Source: an uncultured bacterium
GTDB taxonomy: Bacteria > Chloroflexota > UBA5177 > JANWHV01
Direction of reading: 5' to 3'
Length of the DNA stretch: 64,000 bases
NCBI GenBank assembly: GCA_963827235.1
Contig: CAWHAE010000016.1
Location: forward strand, 96,001 to 160,000
The notes below the pieces were generated by a model. It saw nothing but the letters and a program-made list of their open reading frames with translations, made no database searches and had not been told where the DNA came from. Shown here piece after piece: positions 31,301-39,663 of this stretch. Positions within the stretch are counted from its first letter, which is position 1, and each line of letters begins with the position of its first letter. Made by a program: the position numbers and the translations under genes.

Positions 31301-31837
31301 TGGAGCTGCGTCGACATCGGTGCGCCGAGCCCGGCGGGCAGCCAGTCTCTGAACAACGGGGCCTGGACCATCTCGGGGGGCGGCGCCGACATCGGCAGCA
31401 CCGTCGACCAGTTCCACCTGGTCTACCAGCCGGTGAATGGGGATAGCACGCTGGTCGCTCAAGTGCTCACGCAGACCAATACGAACCTGGCGGCCAAGAC
31501 CGGTCTGATGCTGCGCGTGACGACCGATCCCGCTGCCCCCTTCTACGCCGTGTTCGTCACGGCCGGCAACGGCGTGGAGGCCATGTGGCGCACCACGCAA
31601 GGCGCCACGGCCGGCAAGACCAGCTATGTCGGCCAGCTCGTGCCGGTGTACCTGAAGCTCACCCGCACAGGAAACAGCTTCAGCGCCTACTACAGCAGGG
31701 ACGGCGCCGCATACACCCTGGTACCGGGCTCGACGCAGAGCTTCGGCCTGGCAACCAGCCTCCTCGGAGGAATGCCAATCACGTCGCACAACAACGGCAC
31801 GCCGGGCACTGCTACACTCGACGACGTGTCGCTCTAG
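28385..31837 (+). CDS. Large secreted glycoside-hydrolase-like protein (clan GH-D-like barrel) with two tandem beta-sandwich/lectin-like domains and a Thr/Pro linker
   Basis: AAAGGAG RBS; hydrophobic signal peptide; GYWTDNG, QIDSWW, YEQDW, QYCM, RVSSD, LSGGIVGVGD; duplicated C-terminal domain. Confidence 0.8.
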   Translation: MTLQQHVRGTVAALISVMLVFLPPLAGAPRSVTHAAATSICEPTGMCATVDSSGAYSITTQTPAWTFGGTAGHTLSAVTVASGTDAIGSYTEITFGWQGGVARTGGIRIYASNMSVLFTTQYLAAAANAEPFPTLATYPYDPYHLDYQHGAFSTYEFRWASDQGPWLSFDGSDEAFLLSPAANYMTSQIVKNADSSLSSRIDTRIANLPQGFTHRTILTVGIGINHVYDMWGSALTALGGKTRAANNADVTLSKLGYWTDNGATYYYNYDTTLGYEGTLQTVRSDFAAKGIQLGYLQIDSWWYPKGASDTWQGDPTGNRGGEYVYTAAPDLLPDGLSHFQQTLGLPLITHARWIDPASPYRTQYQMSNNVSIDPNFWNTIFSYIHGGGVLTYEQDWLDGAATTSFNLNDPYAFLDNMAAAARANGMTLQYCMATPDYFLQGTNYTNLVSMRVSSDRFGSDKWDRFLYGSRLAKSMDIWPWSDVFMSTETTNLLLSTLSGGIVGVGDPIGSENPANLLQAILPDGTIVKPDDSLIPTDETYINDAQGNSGPMVGYTYTDHTGLRDANVFAYSRSTTANQTASFSLAEVGITTAAYVYNYFSHAGTVVPAGGTYSDSVSHSGTYYLVTPIGQSGIALIGDAGKFVAAGRARVGHLDDDGAVHATISFADKEGPVTLFGYAPYVPTVSATNGAVGNMVYDGATKRFSFVVSQGSGLAASITLTPSAPSCPSGWSCVDIGAPSPAGSQSLNAGAWTISGGGADIGSTVDQFHLVYQPVNGDSTLAAQVLTQTNTNLAAKTGLMLRATTNPAAPFYAVFVTAGNGVEAMWRTTQGATAGKTSYVGQLVPVYLKLTRTGNSFSAYYSKDGAAYTLVPGSTQSFGLATSLLGGVPITSHNNGTLGTAAFGMVAITAASPSATSTVTLTATRTTTATPMPTGTWTATPTSTATLTATPLPASSSPTPTATGTLAPSCPSGWSCVDIGAPSPAGSQSLNNGAWTISGGGADIGSTVDQFHLVYQPVNGDSTLVAQVLTQTNTNLAAKTGLMLRVTTDPAAPFYAVFVTAGNGVEAMWRTTQGATAGKTSYVGQLVPVYLKLTRTGNSFSAYYSRDGAAYTLVPGSTQSFGLATSLLGGMPITSHNNGTPGTATLDDVSL
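30557..31797 (+). repeat. Direct repeat of 512 bp (30557-31068 and 31286-31797), about 97% identical
   Basis: Offset 729 bp; about 13 substitutions by manual count and no indels. Confidence 0.95.
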
Positions 31838-32001
31838 CGAGAGAGCAGAAAGGAATCTCAGAACTCCTTCATCGGTGCCGGCAAGGCGAACCGTGGCTTC
31901 ACGGCCATTCCCCGATCGCACGAGCATACACGTCGCCGTCTGCTGCGTGGGCGGAAGACAGGCAACCGCGTTACGAAGTCAAGGAGCCTACCGCAGATGG
32001 G

Positions 32002-32074
32002 TGAGGGCACTGGGACTCGAACCCAGGACACCTTGATTAAAAGTCAAGTGCTCTGCCGACTGAGCTATGCCCTC
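32002..32074 (-). tRNA. tRNA-Lys (anticodon TTT)
   Basis: GAGGGCA/TGCCCTC acceptor stem, TAGCTCAGTCGGCAGAGC D-arm, CTTTTAA anticodon loop, GGTTCGAGTCC T-arm; followed by CCCA. Confidence 0.97.
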
Positions 32075-32433
32075 TCGGCGCCCCGATCGCCGTGCGCGAG
32101 CCGGCTCCTGCCGGCCGCGCCCGGAGGAATCTCCCGGGAGCCATTCGCAGTATACCCTGCCGAGCATTCTTGAGTAAGCGGCAGCGGCACGCCGTCGGCT
32201 CCGCGTCGTATCACGGTCGCGTGCTCGCCCTTCCGGCGGCCCAAGCCGTTGCCTGTGCCGAGCACAAGGCCGGATGAGGTGGCCACCCCTATCAATGCCA
32301 ATGGTGCCGGATGCGTGCGGTCAGGAAAGTCCGAACCTCGGGGTCGCCCACGTCGGGTGTGGCGAGAGCCGGCACTCGACTTTCAACGAGCAGGCTTTCG
32401 GCGGCAGGTTCGGTAAGTAGTCCACGTTCTTGG

Positions 32434-32463
32434 TTGACAGGGCCCAAGCCCGGTGCGTAAAAT
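32434..32463 (+). promoter_or_regulatory. sigma70 promoter for aminotransferase-xerD
   Basis: TTGACA-18 nt-TAAAAT. Confidence 0.65.
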
Positions 32464-32513
32464 GGCAGAGTTATGTCGTGTTGAGGCACTCACATGCGGG
32501 AAAGGGTCGCTGT

Positions 32514-33731
32514 TTGACATCCGTTTCTTCCCATGTTCTCCGGACTAGCACTCGAGCCCGGTTGGCTCCCGCCTCACCCATTCGCAAACTGACTCCATAT
32601 GCCGACGCCGCCAAGGCGCGAGGCATTACCGTATACCATTTGAACATCGGCCAGCCGGACTTCAGCTCGCCCCGTGCCATCATGGACGCAATCAGCGGAT
32701 TCGGCGACTCCGTGCTCGCCTACGCGCCGTCGCAGGGACTTCCGGCCGCACGCCAGGCATGGTCGGACTATTATGCCGCGCAGGGCCTCGACGTTCCTGT
32801 CGACCAGATCCTGGTCACGACGGGAGGCAGCGAAGCGATTTCGTTCGCGATCGCCGCTGTCGCCGATCCGGGCGATAATGTGCTCGTCTTCGAGCCCACG
32901 TACACGAACTACTGTGGATTCGCTGCCGCGGCATCCGTCTCGCTCAGGGCCGTGGCTCTGGATCCGGACCATGGCTACGCTATCCCTTCCCCCGAGACGG
33001 TGGCCGGAGCAATCGATGACCGGACGCGAGCGATCCTGCTCTGTAATCCCAACAATCCTACCGGCTCGGTGTACGACCGACGCACGATGAAGGCGTACCT
33101 GGCTCTGGCCGAGAGCATGGGACTGTTCCTGATCGTCGACGAGGCCTACCGCGAGTTTCTCTACGACCGCTCGATCGATTATGCCAACGTGCTGGCCATC
33201 GGTCCGCGGTCTCAGCACCTGATCATGGTTGACAGCACATCCAAGCGGTTCAACGTCTGCGGTGCCCGCGTGGGCTGCTTGGTCTCGCCGAATCCGGCGA
33301 TAGTTGATGCGGCGCTGAGGTTCGCCCAGGCCCGGCTCTCGGTCGCCACGGTCGAGCAGCTCGCGGTCGTTCCGCTGCTTCGCGACCCGCTCCCCTACAC
33401 CACGCAGCTCGTCGCGGACTACTTGAAACGGCGCGATGTCGTGCTGCGGCTCGTTCGAGCATTGCCCGGAGCCGGCTATAGCGAGCCTCAGGGTGCGTTC
33501 TACATGGTCGTGAAGCTTCCTGTCGACGACAGCGAGAGTTTCGCACGCTGGATGCTGGAGACCTTCTCGCACAATGGAGAGACCGTGTTCGTGGCGCCGA
33601 TGGCGGGGTTCTACGTGAGCGCCGGCAAGGGCACCGACGAAGTTCGCCTGGCATTTGTCCTGGAAGAAGGGCGGCTTGCCCGAGCTGTGGAGCTCTTGCA
33701 CCTTGGCCTCGCCGGGTATTTGAGCCGCTAG
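32514..33731 (+). CDS. PLP-dependent aminotransferase class I/II (aspartate aminotransferase-like)
   Basis: LNIGQPD, TGGSEA, CNPNNPTG, DEAY, STSKRFNVCGARVG; start approximate. Confidence 0.9.
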   Translation: MTSVSSHVLRTSTRARLAPASPIRKLTPYADAAKARGITVYHLNIGQPDFSSPRAIMDAISGFGDSVLAYAPSQGLPAARQAWSDYYAAQGLDVPVDQILVTTGGSEAISFAIAAVADPGDNVLVFEPTYTNYCGFAAAASVSLRAVALDPDHGYAIPSPETVAGAIDDRTRAILLCNPNNPTGSVYDRRTMKAYLALAESMGLFLIVDEAYREFLYDRSIDYANVLAIGPRSQHLIMVDSTSKRFNVCGARVGCLVSPNPAIVDAALRFAQARLSVATVEQLAVVPLLRDPLPYTTQLVADYLKRRDVVLRLVRALPGAGYSEPQGAFYMVVKLPVDDSESFARWMLETFSHNGETVFVAPMAGFYVSAGKGTDEVRLAFVLEEGRLARAVELLHLGLAGYLSR

Positions 33732-33746
33732 TCAGGGAGCCTGGTC

Positions 33747-34667
33747 ATGCAGGAATTCGTGGCAGCGTTCATCGCGTACCTGCGCGCTGAAAAGGGCTTT
33801 TCGATCAACACGATCAATGCCTATCAGAATGACTTGACCCAGCTTCAGAAGTTCGTCGACTCGCTCGAGGTTCCCGAGGGCGCGGAGCGGGGATCGCTGT
33901 CGCGGGATCAGATTATGCGCTTCCTCATGTCGCTTCGAGAGAAGGAGTATGCGGCGACCACCGTGGCGCGCAAGATCGCGGCCGTCAAGTCGTTCTGCCA
34001 TTTCCTCGAGCAGGAAGGGTTGCTCACGCAGAATCCCGCGGAGCATATCGAGTCGCCTCGGGTCACCAAGTATCTGCCGCGCGCCGCCACGATCGGCGAG
34101 ATCGAGCGCCTGCTGGCACAGATTGACGGCACGACGCCCGCTGCCCTGCGCGACAGCGCCATGCTCGAGCTGCTCTACGCCACCGGCATGCGCGTGAGCG
34201 AGCTGGTCTCGCTGGATTGCGCCGACGTCAACCTGGACGACGACGTGGTGGTTTGCCGAGGCAAGGGCGACAAGCAGCGCCAGATACCGTTTGGGCAGAA
34301 GGCCCGCGAGGCGCTCGTCCGCTATCTGGCCGAGGCCAGGCCGCGCCTCCTGGGCAGGCGGCCGGGAGACGCACTATTTCTGAACCATCACGGCGAGCGC
34401 CTGACCCGGCAGGGTTTCTGGCTGATCATCAAGGCGTATGCGCGGCAGGCGGGCATCGAAAAGCTCACGCCGCACACGCTGCGCCACAGCTTTGCCACGC
34501 ACCTGATCAGCAACGGAGCCGACCTGCGCTCAGTGCAGGAGCTGCTCGGTCATTCCAGCATCAGCACTACGCAGGTGTATACGCACGTGGCCGATACTCG
34601 CCTGCGGCAAGTCTACGACGAGGCGCATCCACGCGCGCTGGATCCGGTGCCCGTCGAGTCGCACTGA
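33747..34667 (+). CDS. xerD: Site-specific tyrosine recombinase XerD
   Basis: LYATGMRVSEL, GKGDKQR, LTRQGFW, TPHTLRHSFATHL, DLRSVQELLGH, TTQVYTH. Confidence 0.9.
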   Translation: MQEFVAAFIAYLRAEKGFSINTINAYQNDLTQLQKFVDSLEVPEGAERGSLSRDQIMRFLMSLREKEYAATTVARKIAAVKSFCHFLEQEGLLTQNPAEHIESPRVTKYLPRAATIGEIERLLAQIDGTTPAALRDSAMLELLYATGMRVSELVSLDCADVNLDDDVVVCRGKGDKQRQIPFGQKAREALVRYLAEARPRLLGRRPGDALFLNHHGERLTRQGFWLIIKAYARQAGIEKLTPHTLRHSFATHLISNGADLRSVQELLGHSSISTTQVYTHVADTRLRQVYDEAHPRALDPVPVESH

Positions 34668-34725
34668 CCGGCAGGGATGCGACCACATGCTTCATGGCGA
34701 GACTCGGCCGCGGCCCCTCACCCGG

Positions 34726-37362
34726 TCAGTCCTGCGCGAAGAGCGATAGCTGGAGATCGGGCGTGGCCTCGCGCACCCGCCGCTTGGCGGCACGCGCGGA
34801 CGCCGTCGTCTCGTACATGGAAAGCAGCGCGCGAGCTCTGAGCACGACCGACGTCGGCAGGCCGGCGAGCTCGGCGACATGAATGCCGTACGCCTTGTCC
34901 GCACCGCCCGGCACCACACGGCGTAAAAACACCACCTGAGAACCTTCCTCCAGCACGTCCATACGGTAGTTCCGGATGTGCGGCCTCAGCTCCGCCAGGG
35001 CCGTCAGCTCGTGGAAGTGGGTGGCGAATATGGTCTTCGCGCGGTGTCCGGGATCGTCGTGGATGTGCTCGATCACCGCCTGCGCGAGCGCGAGTCCGTC
35101 GTAGGTGCTGGTACCTCGGCCAATCTCATCCAGAATGAGCAGCGATCGCGGCGTGCACTCGGCCAGAATGGCGCTGGTCTCGGACATCTCAACCATGAAC
35201 GTCGATTGACCCGCGGAGAGGTCGTCCTGCGCTCCGACGCGCGTGAAAATGCGATCGACCAGGCCGATGTGGGCAGCCAGGGCGGGCACGAAGCTGCCGA
35301 CCTGGGCCAGCAGCACGATAAGGGCTACCTGGCGCAGGTAGGTAGACTTCCCGGCCATGTTGGGTCCCGTCAGCACGACAAGGCGAGACTGTTCATCGAG
35401 AAGCGTGTCGTTCGGTACAAAGGCGACGTCGGACTGGCTCACTTCTACCACGGGATGCCGCCCACCGGTGATCTCGATTCTGTCTCCCTCGTCCAGGACC
35501 GGGCAGTGGTAGTCCTGCTCGAGGGCAACCACCGCAAATGACGCGTAGACGTCAAGATGACCGACCGCGTCAGCACTGCGAAGCATACGGTCGGCAGCGT
35601 CCGCTACCCGCGCGCGCAGGGCATCCAGCACGTCGAGCTCGAGGCGAACACGCTGCTCCTGGGCCCGCAGGAGCAGTGTCTCCCGTTGCTTGAGCTCGGG
35701 CGTCACGTACCGCTCGCCTCCGGCGACCGTCTGCTTGCGCACATAGTCGTCCGGAATCAGAGCAAGCCCTGCCTTGCCGACCTCGATCGCGTAGCCAAAT
35801 ACCCTGCTGTAGACGATCTTCAGCGACTTGATGCCTGTGCGCGCCCGCTCTGCCGCTTCCAGACCCGCCAGCCACTCGCGCGCCTCCTTGGTTCCCGCGT
35901 CTACATCGTCGACGGACGCCGAATAGCCCGGCCGCACGAAGCCGCCATCCATGGACGATACGGGCGGGTCGTCGACCAGGGCGCGCCGGATCTCCGCGGC
36001 CACTTCCGAGCAGGGGTCGAGCGCGGCATCGATCGCATCGAGCGTGTCGCCGGAGGGCGAGAGATCCAGCGATTCCCCACTTGCCGATTGTACGAGCGGC
36101 GCCAGCGCACCGCGAAGGCGCTCGAGCCGGTCCAGCGCCCGCGCCAGAGCCAGCAACTCCCGCGGGCTCGCGCTGCCCTGCTGCGCCCTACAGACGAGCC
36201 TGTCGATGTCTCCGATGCCTTGCAGAGCGTCCAGCACGCGCAGGCGCACGGTCGTGGTCGACGCCAGGGCTTTGACCGCTTCCTGCCTGCGCAGAAGCGG
36301 AGGCAGCACGATGAGCGGCGCGTTGAGCCATCGCCGCAGCAATCGGCTTCCCATCGGGGTCTTCGATCGGTCGAGCACGGCCAGAAGCGAGCCGGAAGGG
36401 GCGCCACCGCGCATTGTCTGCATGAGCTCGAGGTTGCGCCGCGTGGGCGCGTCGAGCGTCATATGCTCCGCGGCACGGTAGAAGACGGGCTCGCGCAGAA
36501 TCGGGATCGATTCCGGCTGCGTATGCCGCAGATAGGCGATCAGGGCGCCGGCCGCGCCGAGAGCGAGCGTGAATTGCGCGTAGGCCTTGCCGCGCAGGGC
36601 ATCCGGGCCAAGCTGTTCGATCAGCGAGGTCCGCGCCGCGGCGGCGCTGAAGTGATGGGCGGCAACCGGAGTCATCACACAGCCCAGCAACACGACGGGC
36701 GGCTGTAGCTCGATTTCGAGCGGAAGGCCACCGCCGGCCTGGGCTGCATCGGTAGGGACTTGCTCCAGCGACCGTGCCCCCTCACCATCTGCCTCTTGCT
36801 TACCCACACGCAGACTGAACTGCAAGCCTTCATGGGGCCAGAGGCACTCGGCAGGTGCAATGCGAGCCAGCTCGCGTGCCACGGCTTGTTCGGCCGGATC
36901 TCCGGCAACGTGCTGCAGAAAGAACTCGCCGGTCGACACGTCGACGTACGCGAGCCCGGCCGACGAGCCGTGAATGAACAGCGCGGCAAGGTAGTTATTT
37001 CTACCGCTGTCCAGCAGACCAGGCTCCCGCACCGTGCCGGGCGTGATCACTCGCACGATCCGGCGCTCGACCAGTACCTTGCTTGTCCTCGGATCGCCGA
37101 TCTGCTCGGCAATTGCTACCTTGTGCCCGCGCTCCACCAACCTACCGATGTGCGCGTCGGCGTGGTGCCACGGCACTCCTGCCATGGGCGATCGCTCTTC
37201 CTTGGAGAATTGCCGGCTGGTCAGCGTCAGGCCCAGCTCTCGAGCGCCAATCTCGGCGTCTCCATCGAACATCTCGAAGAAGTCGCCCAGCCGGAAGAGA
37301 AGAAGGGCATCCGGATACTCAGCCTTGAGCCGCAGGTACTGCCGGCGAACCGGTGTGCTCAC
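34726..37362 (-). CDS. mutS: DNA mismatch repair protein MutS
   Basis: LFRLGDFFEMF, TGPNMAGKST, STFMVEM, DEIGRGTST, C-terminal QLSLF clamp motif; GTGA overlap with the FHA gene. Confidence 0.96.
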   Translation of the reverse strand: MSTPVRRQYLRLKAEYPDALLLFRLGDFFEMFDGDAEIGARELGLTLTSRQFSKEERSPMAGVPWHHADAHIGRLVERGHKVAIAEQIGDPRTSKVLVERRIVRVITPGTVREPGLLDSGRNNYLAALFIHGSSAGLAYVDVSTGEFFLQHVAGDPAEQAVARELARIAPAECLWPHEGLQFSLRVGKQEADGEGARSLEQVPTDAAQAGGGLPLEIELQPPVVLLGCVMTPVAAHHFSAAAARTSLIEQLGPDALRGKAYAQFTLALGAAGALIAYLRHTQPESIPILREPVFYRAAEHMTLDAPTRRNLELMQTMRGGAPSGSLLAVLDRSKTPMGSRLLRRWLNAPLIVLPPLLRRQEAVKALASTTTVRLRVLDALQGIGDIDRLVCRAQQGSASPRELLALARALDRLERLRGALAPLVQSASGESLDLSPSGDTLDAIDAALDPCSEVAAEIRRALVDDPPVSSMDGGFVRPGYSASVDDVDAGTKEAREWLAGLEAAERARTGIKSLKIVYSRVFGYAIEVGKAGLALIPDDYVRKQTVAGGERYVTPELKQRETLLLRAQEQRVRLELDVLDALRARVADAADRMLRSADAVGHLDVYASFAVVALEQDYHCPVLDEGDRIEITGGRHPVVEVSQSDVAFVPNDTLLDEQSRLVVLTGPNMAGKSTYLRQVALIVLLAQVGSFVPALAAHIGLVDRIFTRVGAQDDLSAGQSTFMVEMSETSAILAECTPRSLLILDEIGRGTSTYDGLALAQAVIEHIHDDPGHRAKTIFATHFHELTALAELRPHIRNYRMDVLEEGSQVVFLRRVVPGGADKAYGIHVAELAGLPTSVVLRARALLSMYETTASARAAKRRVREATPDLQLSLFAQD

Positions 37363-37925
37363 ACGACCTTGACGCCCTGTCCGACGGTAAGCACAAGCTT
37401 GCCCAGGCGCAGCTCGTCGCCGACAGCGATCGGCGTTGGAGTATGCGAAGGCAGCCGCGTCCCGTTGACCAGCGTGTAATTCGTGCTCATCAGGTCTTCG
37501 ACGAACCACTGCCCGGTGCGCCAGGTGAGGCGACAATGGCGGCGCGATACGCCGCATTGCTGAGCGTTCTCGGGGCTCAGATCGATGTCCGGGCGCAGTC
37601 CCGAGCGCGAGTCGGCGCGTCCCATGATCACTTGTTCGCGGGCAGGCACTGCGATTCGGCGGCCCATACCGGTGATAAGGAAGAAGGTGTCGGGTGGGGC
37701 GTCGGCCTCGGGCGGAAGCTTGGGCTCGTCGTCGCGGTCGTCGAGGATGATCGTCTCCGGCCTATCGTCACCCTGCTCGGCAGGGCTTGGCTCAATCAGC
37801 GATGCCGTGTTGTGCCGTGGCCGCACTCCCGCCAGCGGCGTCAGGTCGTCGAGCGTGGCACCGCACTGATCGCAGAAGAGGGCGCCCTCAATGTTCTCAC
37901 TCTGGCATTGAATGCAACGAGCCAT
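37359..37925 (-). CDS. Zinc-ribbon plus FHA domain protein
   Basis: CIQC…FCDQCG; MGR…GVSRRH…DLMSTNYTLVNG. Confidence 0.9.
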   Translation of the reverse strand: MARCIQCQSENIEGALFCDQCGATLDDLTPLAGVRPRHNTASLIEPSPAEQGDDRPETIILDDRDDEPKLPPEADAPPDTFFLITGMGRRIAVPAREQVIMGRADSRSGLRPDIDLSPENAQQCGVSRRHCRLTWRTGQWFVEDLMSTNYTLVNGTRLPSHTPTPIAVGDELRLGKLVLTVGQGVKVV

Positions 37926-37928
37926 CTG

Positions 37929-38756
37929 CTACTGCACACGCACCACTACGACGCTGATGTTGTCGACTCCACCATTCGCATTCGCGGCGTCCACGAGTAG
38001 CTGCACAGCCTGACCCGGATCATCCAGGCTCTCGACCGCCGCTTTGATGTCCTCGTCTCGCACCATCTCCCAAAGCCCATCCGAGCACAGGAGAAGAATG
38101 TCGCCCGATTGCAGTCGCTGCACCACGATGTCCGGGTTGGCCTCGGCGCGCGTTCCAAGCGCATTATAGATCAGGTTGCGGTGCGGATGTCGATAAACGT
38201 CGTCTTCGCTGATCAGGCCCTGCCGGACGAGGCTGCCGACCAGGGAATGGTCCTGTGTCAGGCAGCGTATGGCGCCGTCGCGCACGATGTACGTCCGGCT
38301 ATCCCCTATGTTTCCCACCAGAGCGAGATCGCCGGTCACCATGGCGACGGTCAGCGTGGAGCCCAATCCCGCACTCTCCGGAAACTGTTGCCCATGATCC
38401 CGTATGCGCTGATTGCAGCGCTGCATGGTGGCGGTGAGCACATCCACCATCGACACGTCGGGAGGTCCGCCGTCGCGCTCGAGAGGGGCTTCCTCAAGCC
38501 GCGCAGTCACGACTTCGGAGCCGGTTGACGGCACGATCCCTACCCGTCTGTCGAGAAACTCTCCAAGCTCTTCCCTGACCGTGTCGATGGCAATCTGGCT
38601 GGCGACCTCACCGGCGCTCTGCCCGCCCATGCCGTCGGCCACGGCGTAGAGGCCGACCGGAGTCTTGCCGCCGGATTGCGTGTAGCACAGCACACAGTCC
38701 TGGTTTTGCGCACGGCGCCGGCCGTGATCAGTCATTCCGGATGCCAACAGCTGCAT
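37929..38756 (-). CDS. PP2C/Stp1-family Ser/Thr protein phosphatase
   Basis: NQD, VADGMGG, GSTL, NIGDSR, CSDGL, GGVDN. Confidence 0.93.
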   Translation of the reverse strand: MQLLASGMTDHGRRRAQNQDCVLCYTQSGGKTPVGLYAVADGMGGQSAGEVASQIAIDTVREELGEFLDRRVGIVPSTGSEVVTARLEEAPLERDGGPPDVSMVDVLTATMQRCNQRIRDHGQQFPESAGLGSTLTVAMVTGDLALVGNIGDSRTYIVRDGAIRCLTQDHSLVGSLVRQGLISEDDVYRHPHRNLIYNALGTRAEANPDIVVQRLQSGDILLLCSDGLWEMVRDEDIKAAVESLDDPGQAVQLLVDAANANGGVDNISVVVVRVQ

Positions 38757-38880
38757 GCGCGACGCATCTCCTCGCCTGGCGCCGACCGCCAGATTTCTGC
38801 TCCATTATACACGACGGTCACGCTCCCACCCTGGCGCCGAGGTATCGCCACAGGCGGTCGAATCAGGAGAGCGCAATTGT

Positions 38881-39663
38881 TCAGTCGAGGTCACCGGCCC
38901 CCGCCAGGACGATCGCGGCAGCGACGAGGCCCGCCGTCTCCGAGCGGAGAATGCGAGGGCCGAGGCCGACCGGCAGGAGACCAGCATCAACCGCCGCTGA
39001 GCGCTCGCCGCGCGCAAGGCCTCCTTCGGGGCCCACGAGGATGGAGACCGTCGCCTGCGGCCCGGAGGCCCGTTCACGACGCCACTCCTCCACCGCGACT
39101 CGTAACGATATTCGGGGCTCGCGCTCATCGAGAAGGGCACCTCTCCCCTGCTCGATCGCCGCGATACTTCGGAGCGCGGCGTCGAGCGCCATGGGCTCGC
39201 CGACGATGGGCAGCACCGACCGCTCACACTGCTCGGCAGCCTCCCGGACGACGGTCCGGTAACGGTCCAGCCGCGCGGCGTAGTCCGCCGCCTGCGTGCG
39301 GGAGAAGAGTACGGGCGTTACGGCCGACACTCCCACTTCAGTCGCCTTCTGGAGAAGCCAGGCGAAGTTGTCGCCCCGCAAAGCACTCTGATACATGAGC
39401 ACGCGGCATCGCGGCTCCGCTCGGCCCGGCAACGCGGCGACAATCGTGCCGGAGCCCGAGGCGGCGCTGCCTAGCGACACGCGAAACTCCCTGCCCCTGC
39501 CGTCGCAGGCGACGACGACGTCACCTTCGGACAGGCGAAGCACGCGCCGAATCTGGCGCCACTGGCCCGCCTCGAAGCGAACGCGGTTCCCCTCGACGGC
39601 GCCCGGATCTACGAAGAAACGGTGCGCGGCCCGGTGGCCAGCCTGGCCACGAGCGTCACCCAT
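38881..39663 (-). CDS. rsmE: 16S rRNA m3U1498 methyltransferase
   Basis: HRFFV, RVLRL, KATEVGV, EAAEQC, VGPEGGL, LGPRILRSETA. Confidence 0.92.
   Translation of the reverse strand: MGDARGQAGHRAAHRFFVDPGAVEGNRVRFEAGQWRQIRRVLRLSEGDVVVACDGRGREFRVSLGSAASGSGTIVAALPGRAEPRCRVLMYQSALRGDNFAWLLQKATEVGVSAVTPVLFSRTQAADYAARLDRYRTVVREAAEQCERSVLPIVGEPMALDAALRSIAAIEQGRGALLDEREPRISLRVAVEEWRRERASGPQATVSILVGPEGGLARGERSAAVDAGLLPVGLGPRILRSETAGLVAAAIVLAGAGDLD

Noticed and set aside
33747-34667. Tyrosine recombinase near a tRNA as an island integrase
   Set aside because: Motifs (LTRQGFW, GADLRSVQELLGH), size and operon position behind an aminotransferase indicate housekeeping XerD; it lies on the 5' side of the tRNA.
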